Assembly: GCA_963764625.1 (NCBI GenBank)
Contig: CAVXTH010000009.1
Span: 768,001 to 832,000, forward strand
Direction: 5' to 3'
Origin: Candidatus Krumholzibacteriota bacterium
GTDB lineage: Bacteria > Krumholzibacteriota > Krumholzibacteriia > JAJRXK01
Length of the DNA stretch: 64,000 bases
This document shows positions 29,021 to 40,960 of the stretch, one piece after another (position 1 is the stretch's first letter; each line of letters begins with the position of its first letter). The notes beneath the pieces are model-generated. The model was not told the DNA's origin, searched no databases, and worked only from the letters and a program-made list of their open reading frames with translations. A program made the translations under genes and the position numbers.

Positions 29021-29683
29021 ATGCCGATGCCCGATTGTCACTACCGCTCGCTCGGCCGCGTCGGGTACGAGGAGGCGGCGCGGTTGCAGGAAGAGCTGGT
29101 GAACCGCCGCCGCCGCGGGGAGATCCCCGATCAGCTCCTGCTCCTGGAGCACCCCCACGTCCTCACCAAGGGCAGCCGCGCGCGTGAGGAACACATCCTG
29201 GTGGACGCAGCGGCGCGCGATTCTCTGGGGCTCACGGTGCACGAATCGGGTCGGGGAGGGGACGTGACCTATCACGGTCCCGGGCAGCTCGTGGGCTATC
29301 CCATCCTCCAGCTCCAGAAAGAGGAGCAGGACGCCCATCGCTATTTGAGGCAGCTAGAGGAAGTGCTCATCCGCGTGCTCGAGCGTCTCGGCATTCCCGC
29401 GCAGCGGAATCCCCGCTACACCGGAGTCTGGGTGGGCGATGCCAAGGTGGCGGCCATCGGGGTGCGACTCAGCCACTGGGTCACAAGCCATGGATTCGCG
29501 TTGAACGTGAACTGTGACTTGAGTTACTTCGATACGATCGTGCCCTGTGGGATCCAGGGCAAGCGGGTCTCGTCGCTCAGCGACCTGGGCCTCGCATCGT
29601 TGAACCTGGAGCAGGTCACTCCCGACCTCGTCTCGCAGTTCGGCACGGTATTTCAGCGCCAGATGGTCGCGAAAGAGAATTGA
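29021..29683 (+). CDS. lipB: lipoyl(octanoyl) transferase
   Basis: LLEHPHV, RGGDVTYHGPGQ, KVAAIG, HGFALN, PCG. Confidence 0.95.
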   Translation: MPMPDCHYRSLGRVGYEEAARLQEELVNRRRRGEIPDQLLLLEHPHVLTKGSRAREEHILVDAAARDSLGLTVHESGRGGDVTYHGPGQLVGYPILQLQKEEQDAHRYLRQLEEVLIRVLERLGIPAQRNPRYTGVWVGDAKVAAIGVRLSHWVTSHGFALNVNCDLSYFDTIVPCGIQGKRVSSLSDLGLASLNLEQVTPDLVSQFGTVFQRQMVAKEN

Positions 29684-29685
29684 TC

Positions 29686-30600
29686 ATGCCCAGAGAGAGT
29701 CTGCAGGAGCGCATCGCGAAACGCCCGCCCTGGCTGCGAGTCCGTTTGCGCGATTCCAAAGCGGTGCAAGACGTGAACTCCATGATGCGCTCCCTGCGCC
29801 TGACCACCGTCTGTGAAGAGGCGCAGTGCCCCAACCTCTTCGAGTGCTGGTCGGCGCGCACCGCGACCTTCATGCTGATGGGCGAGGTCTGCACGCGGCA
29901 TTGTGGATTCTGCGCGGTGAAGAAGGGGGTGACCCTTGCCCTCGATCCCCAAGAGCCCGGGCACGTGGCCGAGGCGGTGCAGCGGCTGAAACTCAACCAC
30001 GCCGTGGTCACCAGCGTCAATCGCGACGACCTAGAGGACGGCGGAGCGGCCCATTTCGCGGCCACGATCGAGGCAATTCGCCGGGTGAACCCTGAGTGTA
30101 AGGTCGAGGTCCTCATCCCCGATTTCCAGGGCCGAGAGAGCGCGCTTCAGACCGTCCTTGCCGCCAAGCCCGAAGTCCTCAACCACAACGTGGAGACGGT
30201 GCCCCGGCTCTACTCACGCGTCCGCCACGGTTCGGATTTCCAGCGCAGCCTCACCCTCCTGCGCCGCGCCGCGCGGGCCAAACCCGAGTCCATTCTGCGG
30301 ACCAAGAGTGGCCTGATGCTGGGTCTGGGAGAGACTCTCGAGGAAGTCTACGAGCTCTGTGCGCGTCTGCGCGAAGCAGAGGTCGATGTCTTGACCATCG
30401 GGCAATACCTCCAGCCCTCCGCCCGGCATCTGCCGGTGGAACGCTGGGTTTCCCCGCAAGAATTCGAGGAGATCGGCGCGCGCACACAGACTCTCGGGTT
30501 CGCGCACGTGGAGAGCGGCGTGTTCGTCCGCTCGTCCTACCATGCGGAACGGCACGTTCCTGCAACCAGTGAGAATTTGGGGCCAGGCGAGCTAGCGTGA
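29686..30600 (+). CDS. lipA: lipoyl synthase
   Basis: CEEAQCPN..EC, CTRHCGFC, RSSY. Confidence 0.96.
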   Translation: MPRESLQERIAKRPPWLRVRLRDSKAVQDVNSMMRSLRLTTVCEEAQCPNLFECWSARTATFMLMGEVCTRHCGFCAVKKGVTLALDPQEPGHVAEAVQRLKLNHAVVTSVNRDDLEDGGAAHFAATIEAIRRVNPECKVEVLIPDFQGRESALQTVLAAKPEVLNHNVETVPRLYSRVRHGSDFQRSLTLLRRAARAKPESILRTKSGLMLGLGETLEEVYELCARLREAEVDVLTIGQYLQPSARHLPVERWVSPQEFEEIGARTQTLGFAHVESGVFVRSSYHAERHVPATSENLGPGELA

Positions 30601-30732
30601 ACCACTCGCCGTTCGTTTCGGATCCGGGCTCAGGTGTGTGAACAGCGTGATCAACTTGAGATTGCTCTGCCGCTTGACTACCGGGGGAGCGTAAGGGCGA
30701 CGCTTCTGGCTGGCGTCGTACATCGTCTTCAT
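30592..30732 (-). CDS. small peptide with lasso/RRE-type leader (putative RiPP precursor)
   Basis: 46 aa MKTMYDASQKRRPYAPPVVKRQSNLKLITLFTHLSPDPKRTASGSR; YxxPxV..L..IT leader pattern; GGAGA RBS. Confidence 0.65.
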   Translation of the reverse strand: MKTMYDASQKRRPYAPPVVKRQSNLKLITLFTHLSPDPKRTASGSR

Positions 30733-30992
30733 GGCGCGATCTCTCCGCAACTTGAAACCAATCGATGATGCCGGGCCGGCGTAAGGCTCGGCAGCGTGCT
30801 GATAGCGGCCAATATAGGTCAAATTGCTCAGGCGCGCACCATCCTGGATTTGACTTTTTTGCCCTTGAGCCAAGTTTTTTTCGGCCTGATCTCGCCCGCG
30901 CTGTCTTCTTGCGAGGACGATGAGCCCTGGACTACACTGCCGGCGCCGCAGCGAAGGGACAATCGTCACGCGCGCAGAGGAGGGAGCCCGCC

Positions 30993-32225
30993 ATGAGCAT
31001 GGAGAAGATCGACGCCGCGCTGGCCCGAGAACTCGAGGGTATGGAGAAGGAGGGACGGGCCAAGGCGCCTGAGAGGGTGATCGTGGGCTATGTTCCCGCC
31101 AAGGGCAAAAGGGGACCCCGCTACCGGCTGCAGGGGAGCGAGCAGGAGTTCATCCGCATGAACTCCAACTCCTACCTCTCGCTCTCCGATCATCCCAAGC
31201 TGGTGGAGGCGGCCGACCGGGCCACCCACGAGTTCGGGGTGGGTCCGGGCGCGGTACGCTTCATCGACGGCACCTTCAGTCATCATCGCAAACTGGAGAT
31301 CGCCATCGCCGAGTACCTGGGGAAACCCGCCGCGAAGATCTTCAACTCCGCTTACACGAGCAATCTGGGACTGGCCCTGACGCTCTCCTCGGCGAGCAGC
31401 TACTGGATCGGGGATGCCCTCAACCACAACTGCATCATCCGCGGCATGCGCATCGCCGGGGTTCCCTCCCAGCAGAGGGCCATCTACGCCCACAACGACC
31501 TGGCCGAGCTGAAAAGCCGCCTCGAGGCGGTTCCTCAGGGAATGGAGCGAGTGTTCGTCATTTTCGACGGCATTTTCAGCATGCGGGGGGACTATGCCCC
31601 CCTGCAGAGGATCCAGAAGCTCGTGGCCGAGTACGACGAGCGCTTCTCTGAGGGAATCATCACGATCGTGGACGATTCCCACGGCATCGGAGCCTACGGG
31701 GACAGAGGCCGCGGCACCGAGGACTTCACCTCGGCGCGGGCTGAAGTGGTGGTGGGGACTTTCGGAAAGGCGTTCGGGGTGAACGGCGGGTTCATCGCCG
31801 GAAGCGAGCAGCTCATCGAGGCGGTGCGGCAGAAGGCCGACACCTACATCTACACCAATCCTCTGGGAGTGGCCGACTGCGCCGCCGCGCTGGCCGCGGT
31901 CGAGCTGGCCGCCTCGGCGGAGGGTCAGAAGCGCCTGAAGCACCTCCATGCGCGGGTGGCCCAATTCCGGCGCGGGGTGGCCCTCTTGGGCATCGAGTCC
32001 ATTCCGGGGCCTCATCCGGTAGTGCCGCTGCTGGTGCGCGATACCGAAAAGACGCGTCGCTGGGTCTCGGCGCTCTTTGCCAAGGGCGTCCTAGTGGTGG
32101 GTTTGACCTTCCCGGTGGTGCCGCGAGGGGACGAGACGATTCGCGTACAGATCAACGCGGCGCACACCGAGGCGGACATCGATGAAGTTCTGAGCTGCCT
32201 GAAGGAGACCATGCCCAAGGACTGA
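30993..32225 (+). CDS. alpha-oxoamine synthase family (glycine C-acetyltransferase Kbl-like)
   Basis: NSNSYL, VRFI.GT, DGIFSM.GD, VDDSHG, GTFGKA, RVQI. Confidence 0.88.
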   Translation: MSMEKIDAALARELEGMEKEGRAKAPERVIVGYVPAKGKRGPRYRLQGSEQEFIRMNSNSYLSLSDHPKLVEAADRATHEFGVGPGAVRFIDGTFSHHRKLEIAIAEYLGKPAAKIFNSAYTSNLGLALTLSSASSYWIGDALNHNCIIRGMRIAGVPSQQRAIYAHNDLAELKSRLEAVPQGMERVFVIFDGIFSMRGDYAPLQRIQKLVAEYDERFSEGIITIVDDSHGIGAYGDRGRGTEDFTSARAEVVVGTFGKAFGVNGGFIAGSEQLIEAVRQKADTYIYTNPLGVADCAAALAAVELAASAEGQKRLKHLHARVAQFRRGVALLGIESIPGPHPVVPLLVRDTEKTRRWVSALFAKGVLVVGLTFPVVPRGDETIRVQINAAHTEADIDEVLSCLKETMPKD

Positions 32226-32377
32226 GGACGAATCGCAACTGGCGAGCAAGTCATAAGGCGTCATCTTCTCAGGAGTGGAACAAGGAAAGTGGCGCCCCGG
32301 AATCGACGGCAGGTCGAGCCGGTCGAAAAAGAGAATTCAGCGAAGGAGCACTCCTTCGCACAGAGAGAGGATGAAGT

Positions 32378-33418
32378 ATGGCACTGGTACCCATGCGTGT
32401 ACTGCTCGATCACGCGGCCGAAAATGGTTACGGAGTCGGCGCGTTCAACGTGAACAACATGGAACAGATTCAGGCCATCATGGAGGCGGCGCGGGAGACG
32501 AATTCGCCGGTGATCGTGCAGGCAAGCCGCGGTGCGCGCGCCTACTCGGACGATGCCTATCTGCGCCATCTCATGCTCGCTGCGGTCGAACTCAATCCCA
32601 AATTGCCCGTCGCCATGCACCAGGACCACGGCAACTCGCCGCAAACCTGTTTCTCCGCCATCGAAATGGGATTCACCTCGGTGATGATGGACGGCTCTCT
32701 CAACGCGGACGGCAAGACGCCTTCCACCTACGAGTACAACGTCGAGGTCACCCAGAAAGTGGTGCAGGCGGCCCACGCGAAGGGCGTCACGGTAGAGGCC
32801 GAGTTGGGAACCCTCGGGGGCATCGAAGACGGCCACGGCGCGGGCCTCACCGCGGAGCAGGCCCTGACCCATCTGACCGATCCGGCGCAGGCCGAGGAGT
32901 TCGTGGAGCAGACGGGTTGCGATGCGCTGGCCGTCGCCATCGGCACCAGCCACGGGGCCTACAAGTTCACGAAGAAGCCCACCGGGGAAGTGCTCAAAAT
33001 GGACATCATCGCGGAGATTCACCGCCGCCTGCCCAACACACACATGGTCATGCACGGCAGCTCGTCGGTGCCCAAGGAACTGGTCGACATCGTCAACCAG
33101 TACGGCGGACAGATCCGCGAGACCTACGGTGTGCCGGTTGAGGAGATCCAGGAGGGAATCCGTCACGGCGTGCGCAAGATCAACGTCGACACCGACAGTC
33201 GCTTGGCGATCACCGGCGCCATCCGCAGAGTCTTTGCCACAGACGGCAGCAAGTTCGATCCGCGCGACTACCTGAAGCCGGCGCGAGACGCCATGAAAGA
33301 GGTCGTCAAAGCGCGCATGATCGCCTTTGGACAGGCGGGGAACGCGGACAAGGTTCCCGCGCTCACGCTTCAGGACATGAAGCGGCGCTACCACGACATG
33401 GGAAGCAAAGTCTCCTGA
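32378..33418 (+). CDS. fba: class II fructose-bisphosphate aldolase
   Basis: [33 protein letters not shown]. Confidence 0.96.
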   Translation: MALVPMRVLLDHAAENGYGVGAFNVNNMEQIQAIMEAARETNSPVIVQASRGARAYSDDAYLRHLMLAAVELNPKLPVAMHQDHGNSPQTCFSAIEMGFTSVMMDGSLNADGKTPSTYEYNVEVTQKVVQAAHAKGVTVEAELGTLGGIEDGHGAGLTAEQALTHLTDPAQAEEFVEQTGCDALAVAIGTSHGAYKFTKKPTGEVLKMDIIAEIHRRLPNTHMVMHGSSSVPKELVDIVNQYGGQIRETYGVPVEEIQEGIRHGVRKINVDTDSRLAITGAIRRVFATDGSKFDPRDYLKPARDAMKEVVKARMIAFGQAGNADKVPALTLQDMKRRYHDMGSKVS

Positions 33419-33433
33419 AAACGCGAGGGAGCG

Positions 33434-34980
33434 TCAGTTCTTGGGAAGCGTGGTAGCGTCTTCCCACTTCTCACCTTTACGCAGCCGGTCGAGATTTTGC
33501 AGCATCTGCCGGCTGTAGCGATGGTGGGGATCGAGTTTCAGGGCCTTCTCGAACCACTCCTGCGCTTCGTCGTAATTGCCGCGCATGATGGCAATGGTGC
33601 CGAAGTTCGCCCGCACCTCCGCACTGGCCGGTCTCAGTTCCAGCATTTTCCGCAGAACCGCTTCCGCGTCGTCCAGATCGCGCTGCTTCGTGTAGACGAT
33701 GATCAGCCTCTCGTAGGCCGGAATGCTGTAGGGCTTCAATTCAGTCGCGCTCTTGAAGTGGGCCACCGCGCCCGCGGCGTCGCGCTTGGCCAAAGCGGTG
33801 CCTTGGTCGATGAGCGCCCAGTAGTGCATGTCCAAGCTGTCCTTGGCCCGGCTCCACTGGTAGTGCCACACCGTGAGCGCGAGTGGCACCAGCAGATAGG
33901 CCCACTTGAGCCAGGGCCACTGCTCGAAACGCTCTCTACCCTTCAGCGCGAAGTAGAACAGGGGAATCGCGAGCGGCACCACGAAGAAGACGCCCCCGAA
34001 AATCGCGGCCGCACCGGCCACGACGAGCACCGAGAGAGCGGGGAGAAACGAGAGGGTGAGCAGAAGGTAGAAGAGCAGCGGCACCTTCGCGATCAGAAGG
34101 CCGCTCGAGTGATGCAGCCAGAGATCGCAGTAGAGCAGCACCGCGACTACCACCCCAAGGCCCAGGTGGGGAATGGACCGGACCAGACCGCCTGGCTGTT
34201 TCGCGGTAAGTTTCTCGGCGCCCTTTTTCGCTGCTCTCTCATCCGCGGGGGAACCCTCCCGTATCCACGGCCGCTCCAGGCTCAGCCGGCTCGTAAACGG
34301 CAGCACCATGACCGCCAGAAGCATCAGCCAGTGGTAGATCCCGTAGGGGGTGATGGGGAGCAGATGACCCACCCGATCGTTGCTGAGGTGGGTGAGCAGT
34401 GCAGGGGAAAGATCAAGAGGGTTAGAATGGGCCATGTCCGCCCGGGCTTAGCGCAGTAGCGGATCAACAGATAGGGCATCCAGAAATCGAAGCCGACCGA
34501 GAACCAAGCCCACAGACCGGTGGTGGGAACGTCGCGCAGAATGGAACTCTTGGTTGAAAGCGTCCACTGCCACCAGCCCATGGTGATGGCGGTCGATTCC
34601 ACCGCGTAGGCCAGGCAGAGGTGGAAGAGACAAGCCAACGAGAGCAAGGGAAAGACGCGTCCCCTTAGGGGGGGAATGCGCTCCAGGATGCGGGAGGCCA
34701 GGTACATTCCCAGATAGAGACAGAGGATCCAGCCCGCGTCGGCGGTGAACGAGTCGTGGTAGATCCCCACCACCTGCTTGGCGAAGATGTACGGGAACTT
34801 GCCCCCAAAATGGACGGTGGTGATCCACCAGATGAGGTTGCCGCGCACCACCCCGAAGATCAGGGCGGCCAGAAAGAACTCGAGGGTGTCCCGCTTGCCC
34901 CTCGTGCGCAGCGAATGAAAGATCAACCCGAGAACGACCAGAGTCGCCGGGATGATGAGGATGGCCATCTGGCGCGTCAT
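33434..34980 (-). CDS. multi-pass membrane protein with C-terminal TPRs (frameshift near 34398)
   Basis: ORF 34324..34980 joins ORF 33434..34435 at ..FPLH/LTHLS; about 12 TMs then TPRs. Confidence 0.6.
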
Positions 34981-35005
34981 GGTCTCAGCCCGCGATCCTC
35001 CTGCG

Positions 35006-36512
<1,507 letters not shown>

Positions 36513-36680
36513 ACGGCTGGGCTCCTGGGAGAGGAGAAGGTGAGAGGAGGCGTGATGGGCCTCCGCGCAAGAACTCCCGGCCCAAGGGCGAGGCGCGGGC
36601 ACGGAGTCGTGCGAGTGTATTCCAGGCACCTGCGGGGTGCAAGGGAGGGCTGATTCTCCCCATCCGTGCGATTCTCCCGT

Positions 36681-37553
36681 ATGCTGGACTCACCATGGCT
36701 ACCGTTTCGCCTCTCTGATCTCGTCCGCTTCGGCTGCTCGTCCTTTTCCAGCAAGGACTGGGTAGGCCCGTTCTATCCGCCCAAGACAGCTCCAGGCGAG
36801 TTTCTCTCTCTGTACTCCCGGCATTTCGACACCGTCGAGGTCGATGCGAGCTACTATGCGGTGCCCAGCCCACGCATGGTGGAGAGTTGGGACGAAAAGA
36901 CGCCCGAGGGTTTCCTTCTGTGCGCCAAGTTTCCCCGCAGCATCGTGCACGCGGGCAAGGGAGCCCAACCCGATGCTGCGCGGATTCTCGACCCCGATAC
37001 TGTCTACCGCGACCGCGACGTGTTCCTGTCGAACATGGCGCGCCTGGGAAACAAGCTGGGTCCTCTGCTCTTGCAGTTTCCCTACTTCAATCGGCAGACC
37101 TTTTCGCGGCGCGGGGACTTCTTCGAGCGCCTCGATCGCTTCCTGGCCGATCTGCCGCGCGAGTTCCGCTACGCGGTGGAGATCCGTAACAAGGCCTGGT
37201 TGGTTCCGGATTTCATCTCCCTCCTGCGTGAACGGGATGTGAGTCTGACCATAGTCGATCAGGCCTGGATGCCCCACGGCGACGAGCTCGAGGGGAAGTT
37301 GGACTTCGTCACCGCGCCTGTGGTCTATCTGCGCTTGCTCGGCGACCGCAAGCGGATCGAGGCCATCACCAAGACCTGGGACAAGGAAGTGATCGACCAA
37401 AACGAACGCCTGGATCGCTGGGTCACCTTTCTGGTGCGCCGGGTGAAGGACGGTGTGCCGGTGTTGGTCTTCGTGAATAACCACTACGCCGGCCACGCGC
37501 CGGCCACCGCCACACGCCTGCGGGAGATGTTCCAAGCCCAGTTAGGCTCGTAG
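36681..37553 (+). CDS. DUF72 domain protein
   Basis: [33 protein letters not shown]. Confidence 0.88.
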   Translation: MLDSPWLPFRLSDLVRFGCSSFSSKDWVGPFYPPKTAPGEFLSLYSRHFDTVEVDASYYAVPSPRMVESWDEKTPEGFLLCAKFPRSIVHAGKGAQPDAARILDPDTVYRDRDVFLSNMARLGNKLGPLLLQFPYFNRQTFSRRGDFFERLDRFLADLPREFRYAVEIRNKAWLVPDFISLLRERDVSLTIVDQAWMPHGDELEGKLDFVTAPVVYLRLLGDRKRIEAITKTWDKEVIDQNERLDRWVTFLVRRVKDGVPVLVFVNNHYAGHAPATATRLREMFQAQLGS

Positions 37554-37558
37554 CGCAG

Positions 37559-38440
37559 CTAGTTCTGGGGCGGAGGCAGCTTCTCCAGGGCGATCAACGC
37601 CGCACGCAGAGCCGCTTGCTCCTTCGAATCGGAACTCTCCTTCAGGCCTTCACTCCACGCGGCGCGCAGCGAATCTCTCTGGATGAGACTGAGAGGCGGG
37701 TTGGCGCCCAAGTTCTTCAGGGCCGCGAGTGAATCGGGTTCCTGTACGGCGCGCACCGCCCCCACGGCAGAGCCCTTTAGAGCGGATGGCTCCTTAGGGG
37801 ATTCTTGGTTCGGGTGGCTGAGTTCCCTCAAGAAGGGCTCCGCCTTGGCCGCCGCCTCCTGAGGGGCGGCCGCTTGATCGGCGCGCAGGGTCTTTGAGGG
37901 CAGCTCGAGCGCGTCCGTCGCCTGCGTCTTCTTTTCGGCCGTTTCCTCCGAGCGGCGCTCGGCGGGTGCCATCAGGTCCTTGTCGAGGCTCCTGCCCGCC
38001 GGCGACGGCACGGGCATCTGCGGCGACCGCAGCAGGAAGAACGCCAGCACCGCCAGGGCCACCACCCCGGCCAGCGAGGGGAAACCCCAGTCCGAGAAGA
38101 ACTCTCGCCAACGGTGAGACGGCGACTTCGCGCCGCGTGCACCGCCGGGTGCCGGCGCGGCGCCCCGCCCGGGGAGGGGCTCGGCGCTTTCTTCCTCGAC
38201 CCGCTCCATGACCGACGCCACCAGCTGCTCCAGGCGTTCGGTAACCAAAGGGGCCACGGCGGGAGACTCTCGGGCCAGCTGCTCGCTCAAGCGCAGGGTG
38301 GACGCGAACTCTCGGCAGCTTGGACAACCACGCAGATGGGTCTGCAGCTCATCCAGCTCGGACGCGCTTAGCGCGCGATCGAGTCGCTCGGAGAGAAGCA
38401 TCTGAAAACGGTGACAGAGCGATTGGTTCTGGTCAGTCAT
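37559..38440 (-). CDS. zinc-finger (HC2) anti-sigma factor
   Basis: HLRGCPSC motif, single TM, overlaps the ECF sigma stop. Confidence 0.85.
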   Translation of the reverse strand: MTDQNQSLCHRFQMLLSERLDRALSASELDELQTHLRGCPSCREFASTLRLSEQLARESPAVAPLVTERLEQLVASVMERVEEESAEPLPGRGAAPAPGGARGAKSPSHRWREFFSDWGFPSLAGVVALAVLAFFLLRSPQMPVPSPAGRSLDKDLMAPAERRSEETAEKKTQATDALELPSKTLRADQAAAPQEAAAKAEPFLRELSHPNQESPKEPSALKGSAVGAVRAVQEPDSLAALKNLGANPPLSLIQRDSLRAAWSEGLKESSDSKEQAALRAALIALEKLPPPQN

Positions 38441-39086
38441 CGTCTTCCTCCTCGCCAAATTCGATGGCGCTCGGCTCGAGCCGGGTCCGCAGAGCACGTG
38501 CCAGAGAGTGGCGCGCTCGCGAGAGGCGAGACATCACGGTCCCCATGGGAACCTGAAGCGTCTCGGCGATCTCCGCGTAGCTCAGTTCCTCCTGCACCCG
38601 CAGGCGGAACACCGCTTCCCACTCCGGAGGCAGTTTGGTCAATTCATCCTCCACCATCTCGACCAGCTCGCGCCGTTGCAGGCGCTCCTCGCTGCTCTGC
38701 GGCGCGGGCATCCGCGACAAGATCTCCTGCGCATCGTCCACCACTGGCTGTCGCCGTCTCCGCTGGATTTCATTGAGCGCCGTGTTCACTCCGATCGTCC
38801 TCAGCCAGGGAAAGAAGGGGCGAGACGCATCAAATTTCGACAGCGCCTTCCACGCTTTCACGAAGCTTTCCTGCACCGCGTCCTCCGCCGCGTGTTCGTC
38901 GCGCAGTAGCCGCGCCAAGAGCGCGAACAAGGGCGGTCCGTGCCTGCGCACCAACGAGGCAAAGGCCGAGGAGTCTCCCTGAGAAATCGCGCGCAGGGCC
39001 TCGCGGTCGAAGTCCGGCGCCGCGCTCTCGTCCAGATCCGGGCGAGGCTGCGACTCGGTAGGGGGACGCTCTCTTGCTTCTGCCAT
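38433..39086 (-). CDS. ECF sigma-70 family RNA polymerase sigma factor
   Basis: AEDAVQESF, WL.TI..N, SYAEIA...GTVMSRLSRAR. Confidence 0.93.
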   Translation of the reverse strand: MAEARERPPTESQPRPDLDESAAPDFDREALRAISQGDSSAFASLVRRHGPPLFALLARLLRDEHAAEDAVQESFVKAWKALSKFDASRPFFPWLRTIGVNTALNEIQRRRRQPVVDDAQEILSRMPAPQSSEERLQRRELVEMVEDELTKLPPEWEAVFRLRVQEELSYAEIAETLQVPMGTVMSRLSRARHSLARALRTRLEPSAIEFGEEEDDD

Positions 39087-39299
39087 TCTCTATTCTCTTA
39101 CCAGCGGGGTGGGGCGTGTATTCCCGTCGTGCTCAGAATACCCCAGAGCCCCGATTGGACCGAGAAACAATCGCACGCCGCTGCCGGTACCCCCGCCGGC
39201 GATGAGGCCAAGGAACTTGGGCCCGCCACTCTGCCCGCTTGCCAAGCGCGCCTTTCAGGGGCTAGCCTGCAGGGCGATGCCCCCGAAGGATGGTTCGTC

Positions 39300-40958
39300 T
39301 TGCCGGTCTTGGTTGGAATCCTCTGCATGCTCGGCTATTTCGTCGGTTATCGCTTCTACTCCGGCTATCTGGCCCGACGCGTCTTTCGTCTCGACGATGC
39401 TCGGGTCACTCCCGCCCACACGATGCAGGATGGCATGGACTACGTGCCCACTCGGCGCGAGGTCCTCTTCGGGCATCACTACGCTTCCATCGCTGGCTTG
39501 AGCCCGATGCTGGGGCCCGCCATCGCGGTGATCTGGGGCTGGTTGCCCGCGCTGCTGTGGGTGGTTCTGGGGACCCTGCTCATCGGAGCGGTACACGACT
39601 TCAGCGCGCTCGTGGTGAGCATGCGCGCAAAGGGCATGAGCATCGGCAAGGTGGCCGAGGATATCATCGGACCGCGCGCGAAATCCCTCTTCCACGCGAT
39701 CATCTTCTTTCTCATCGCGCTGGGGATGGGCGTCTTCGTGCACGTCGTCGCTCTGCTCTTCACATCCATCTTCCACCCCGAAGCGGTCATTCCCACTTTC
39801 GGACTCATGCTGGTCGCCGTCTTCGTGGGGCTCGCGGCCTACAAGGCCAACGCTCCTTTGGGACGCCTTAGCGCCCTCGCGTTCCTTTCCACCCTGCTCT
39901 TGATCTGGGCCGGGCTCAAGATCCCTCCGCCCGATCTCTCTCTCGGCACCTGGAAGTGGCTTCTTCTGGGCTACGCCTTCCTGGCCTCGGTTCTGCCGGT
40001 GTGGCTTCTCTTGCAACCGCGAGACTACGTGAACTCGATGTTGCTCTATCTGGGGCTCTTGCTGGCATACCTCGGATTCTTCGCCCTGCGACCGTCGTTC
40101 CAGGCGCCGGCGGTGGTGGCTTCGCCCCAGGGAGCGCCTCCCATCTTTCCCTTCGTGTTCATCGTGATCGCGTGTGGAGCGGTGAGTGGATTCCACGGTT
40201 TGGTCAGCAGCGGCACCACCGCCAAGCAGATCAACCGCGAGAGCGACGCACGTCCCATCGGCTACGGCGCCATGATTGGCGAATCTCTGCTCGGGCTCCT
40301 GGCGGTTCTTGCCTGCACCGCGGGTTTCAGCAATCGGCTTGCGTGGAGCACCCACTATTCCGACTGGAACTCCGCCATGGATCTGGGCGATCGCATCGAC
40401 TCCTTCATCAATGGAACCGCGCACTTTCTCTCCTCGCTGGGAGTGCCTCAGCCCGTGGGATCGGCCTTCATCGCGCTGGTAGTCGTGAGTTTTGCCCTCA
40501 CCAGCCTCGATTCTGCCACGCGGCTCTTGCGCTATAACTTGAGCGAGGTGGGGGAGACGATTCGCTTCAAGCCACTGCGCAATCGCTACGTGGCGGGGGC
40601 TCTGGCCTGCGGCGCCATCGGCTTCTTCGCGTTCTACCAAATCGGAGCTAAGGCGGCCGGCTTGGCGCTGTGGCAACTCTTCGGCACCACAAACCAGGTG
40701 TTGGGGGGGCTGACCCTCTTGGCGGTCACCCTGTATCTGCAGCAGCGCGGCCGGAACTACTGGGTGACACTTCTGCCCATGATCTTCCTGCTCACCGTCA
40801 CCCTCTACGCCATGATCCTCAAGGCGCGCGATTTCTGGCGGGTGCGCAACTGGCCGCTGTTCATTGTGGGTCTCTTGCTCTTGGTGCTCGCGTTGTGGCT
40901 GGTGGTCGAGGCCATCCTGCGGCTACAAAAACCCACCGCCAGGGTGGAGGAGGTCTGA
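39300..40958 (+). CDS. cstA: carbon starvation protein CstA family transporter
   Basis: GHHYASIAG, GAVHDF, LLQPRDY, ACGAVSGFH, FGTTNQ. Confidence 0.9.
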   Translation: MPVLVGILCMLGYFVGYRFYSGYLARRVFRLDDARVTPAHTMQDGMDYVPTRREVLFGHHYASIAGLSPMLGPAIAVIWGWLPALLWVVLGTLLIGAVHDFSALVVSMRAKGMSIGKVAEDIIGPRAKSLFHAIIFFLIALGMGVFVHVVALLFTSIFHPEAVIPTFGLMLVAVFVGLAAYKANAPLGRLSALAFLSTLLLIWAGLKIPPPDLSLGTWKWLLLGYAFLASVLPVWLLLQPRDYVNSMLLYLGLLLAYLGFFALRPSFQAPAVVASPQGAPPIFPFVFIVIACGAVSGFHGLVSSGTTAKQINRESDARPIGYGAMIGESLLGLLAVLACTAGFSNRLAWSTHYSDWNSAMDLGDRIDSFINGTAHFLSSLGVPQPVGSAFIALVVVSFALTSLDSATRLLRYNLSEVGETIRFKPLRNRYVAGALACGAIGFFAFYQIGAKAAGLALWQLFGTTNQVLGGLTLLAVTLYLQQRGRNYWVTLLPMIFLLTVTLYAMILKARDFWRVRNWPLFIVGLLLLVLALWLVVEAILRLQKPTARVEEV

Positions 40959-40960
40959 GC

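Noticed and set aside
29686-30600. Radical SAM gene next to the peptide as a possible RiPP maturase
   Set aside because: It has canonical LipA motifs (CX4CX5C, RSSY), no RRE or SPASM domain, and lies in the lipB/E2 operon
30592-30969. Full 125-aa ORF as called in the track
   Set aside because: The upstream part crosses AT-rich promoter-like DNA; the RBS and leader motif support a start at 30732
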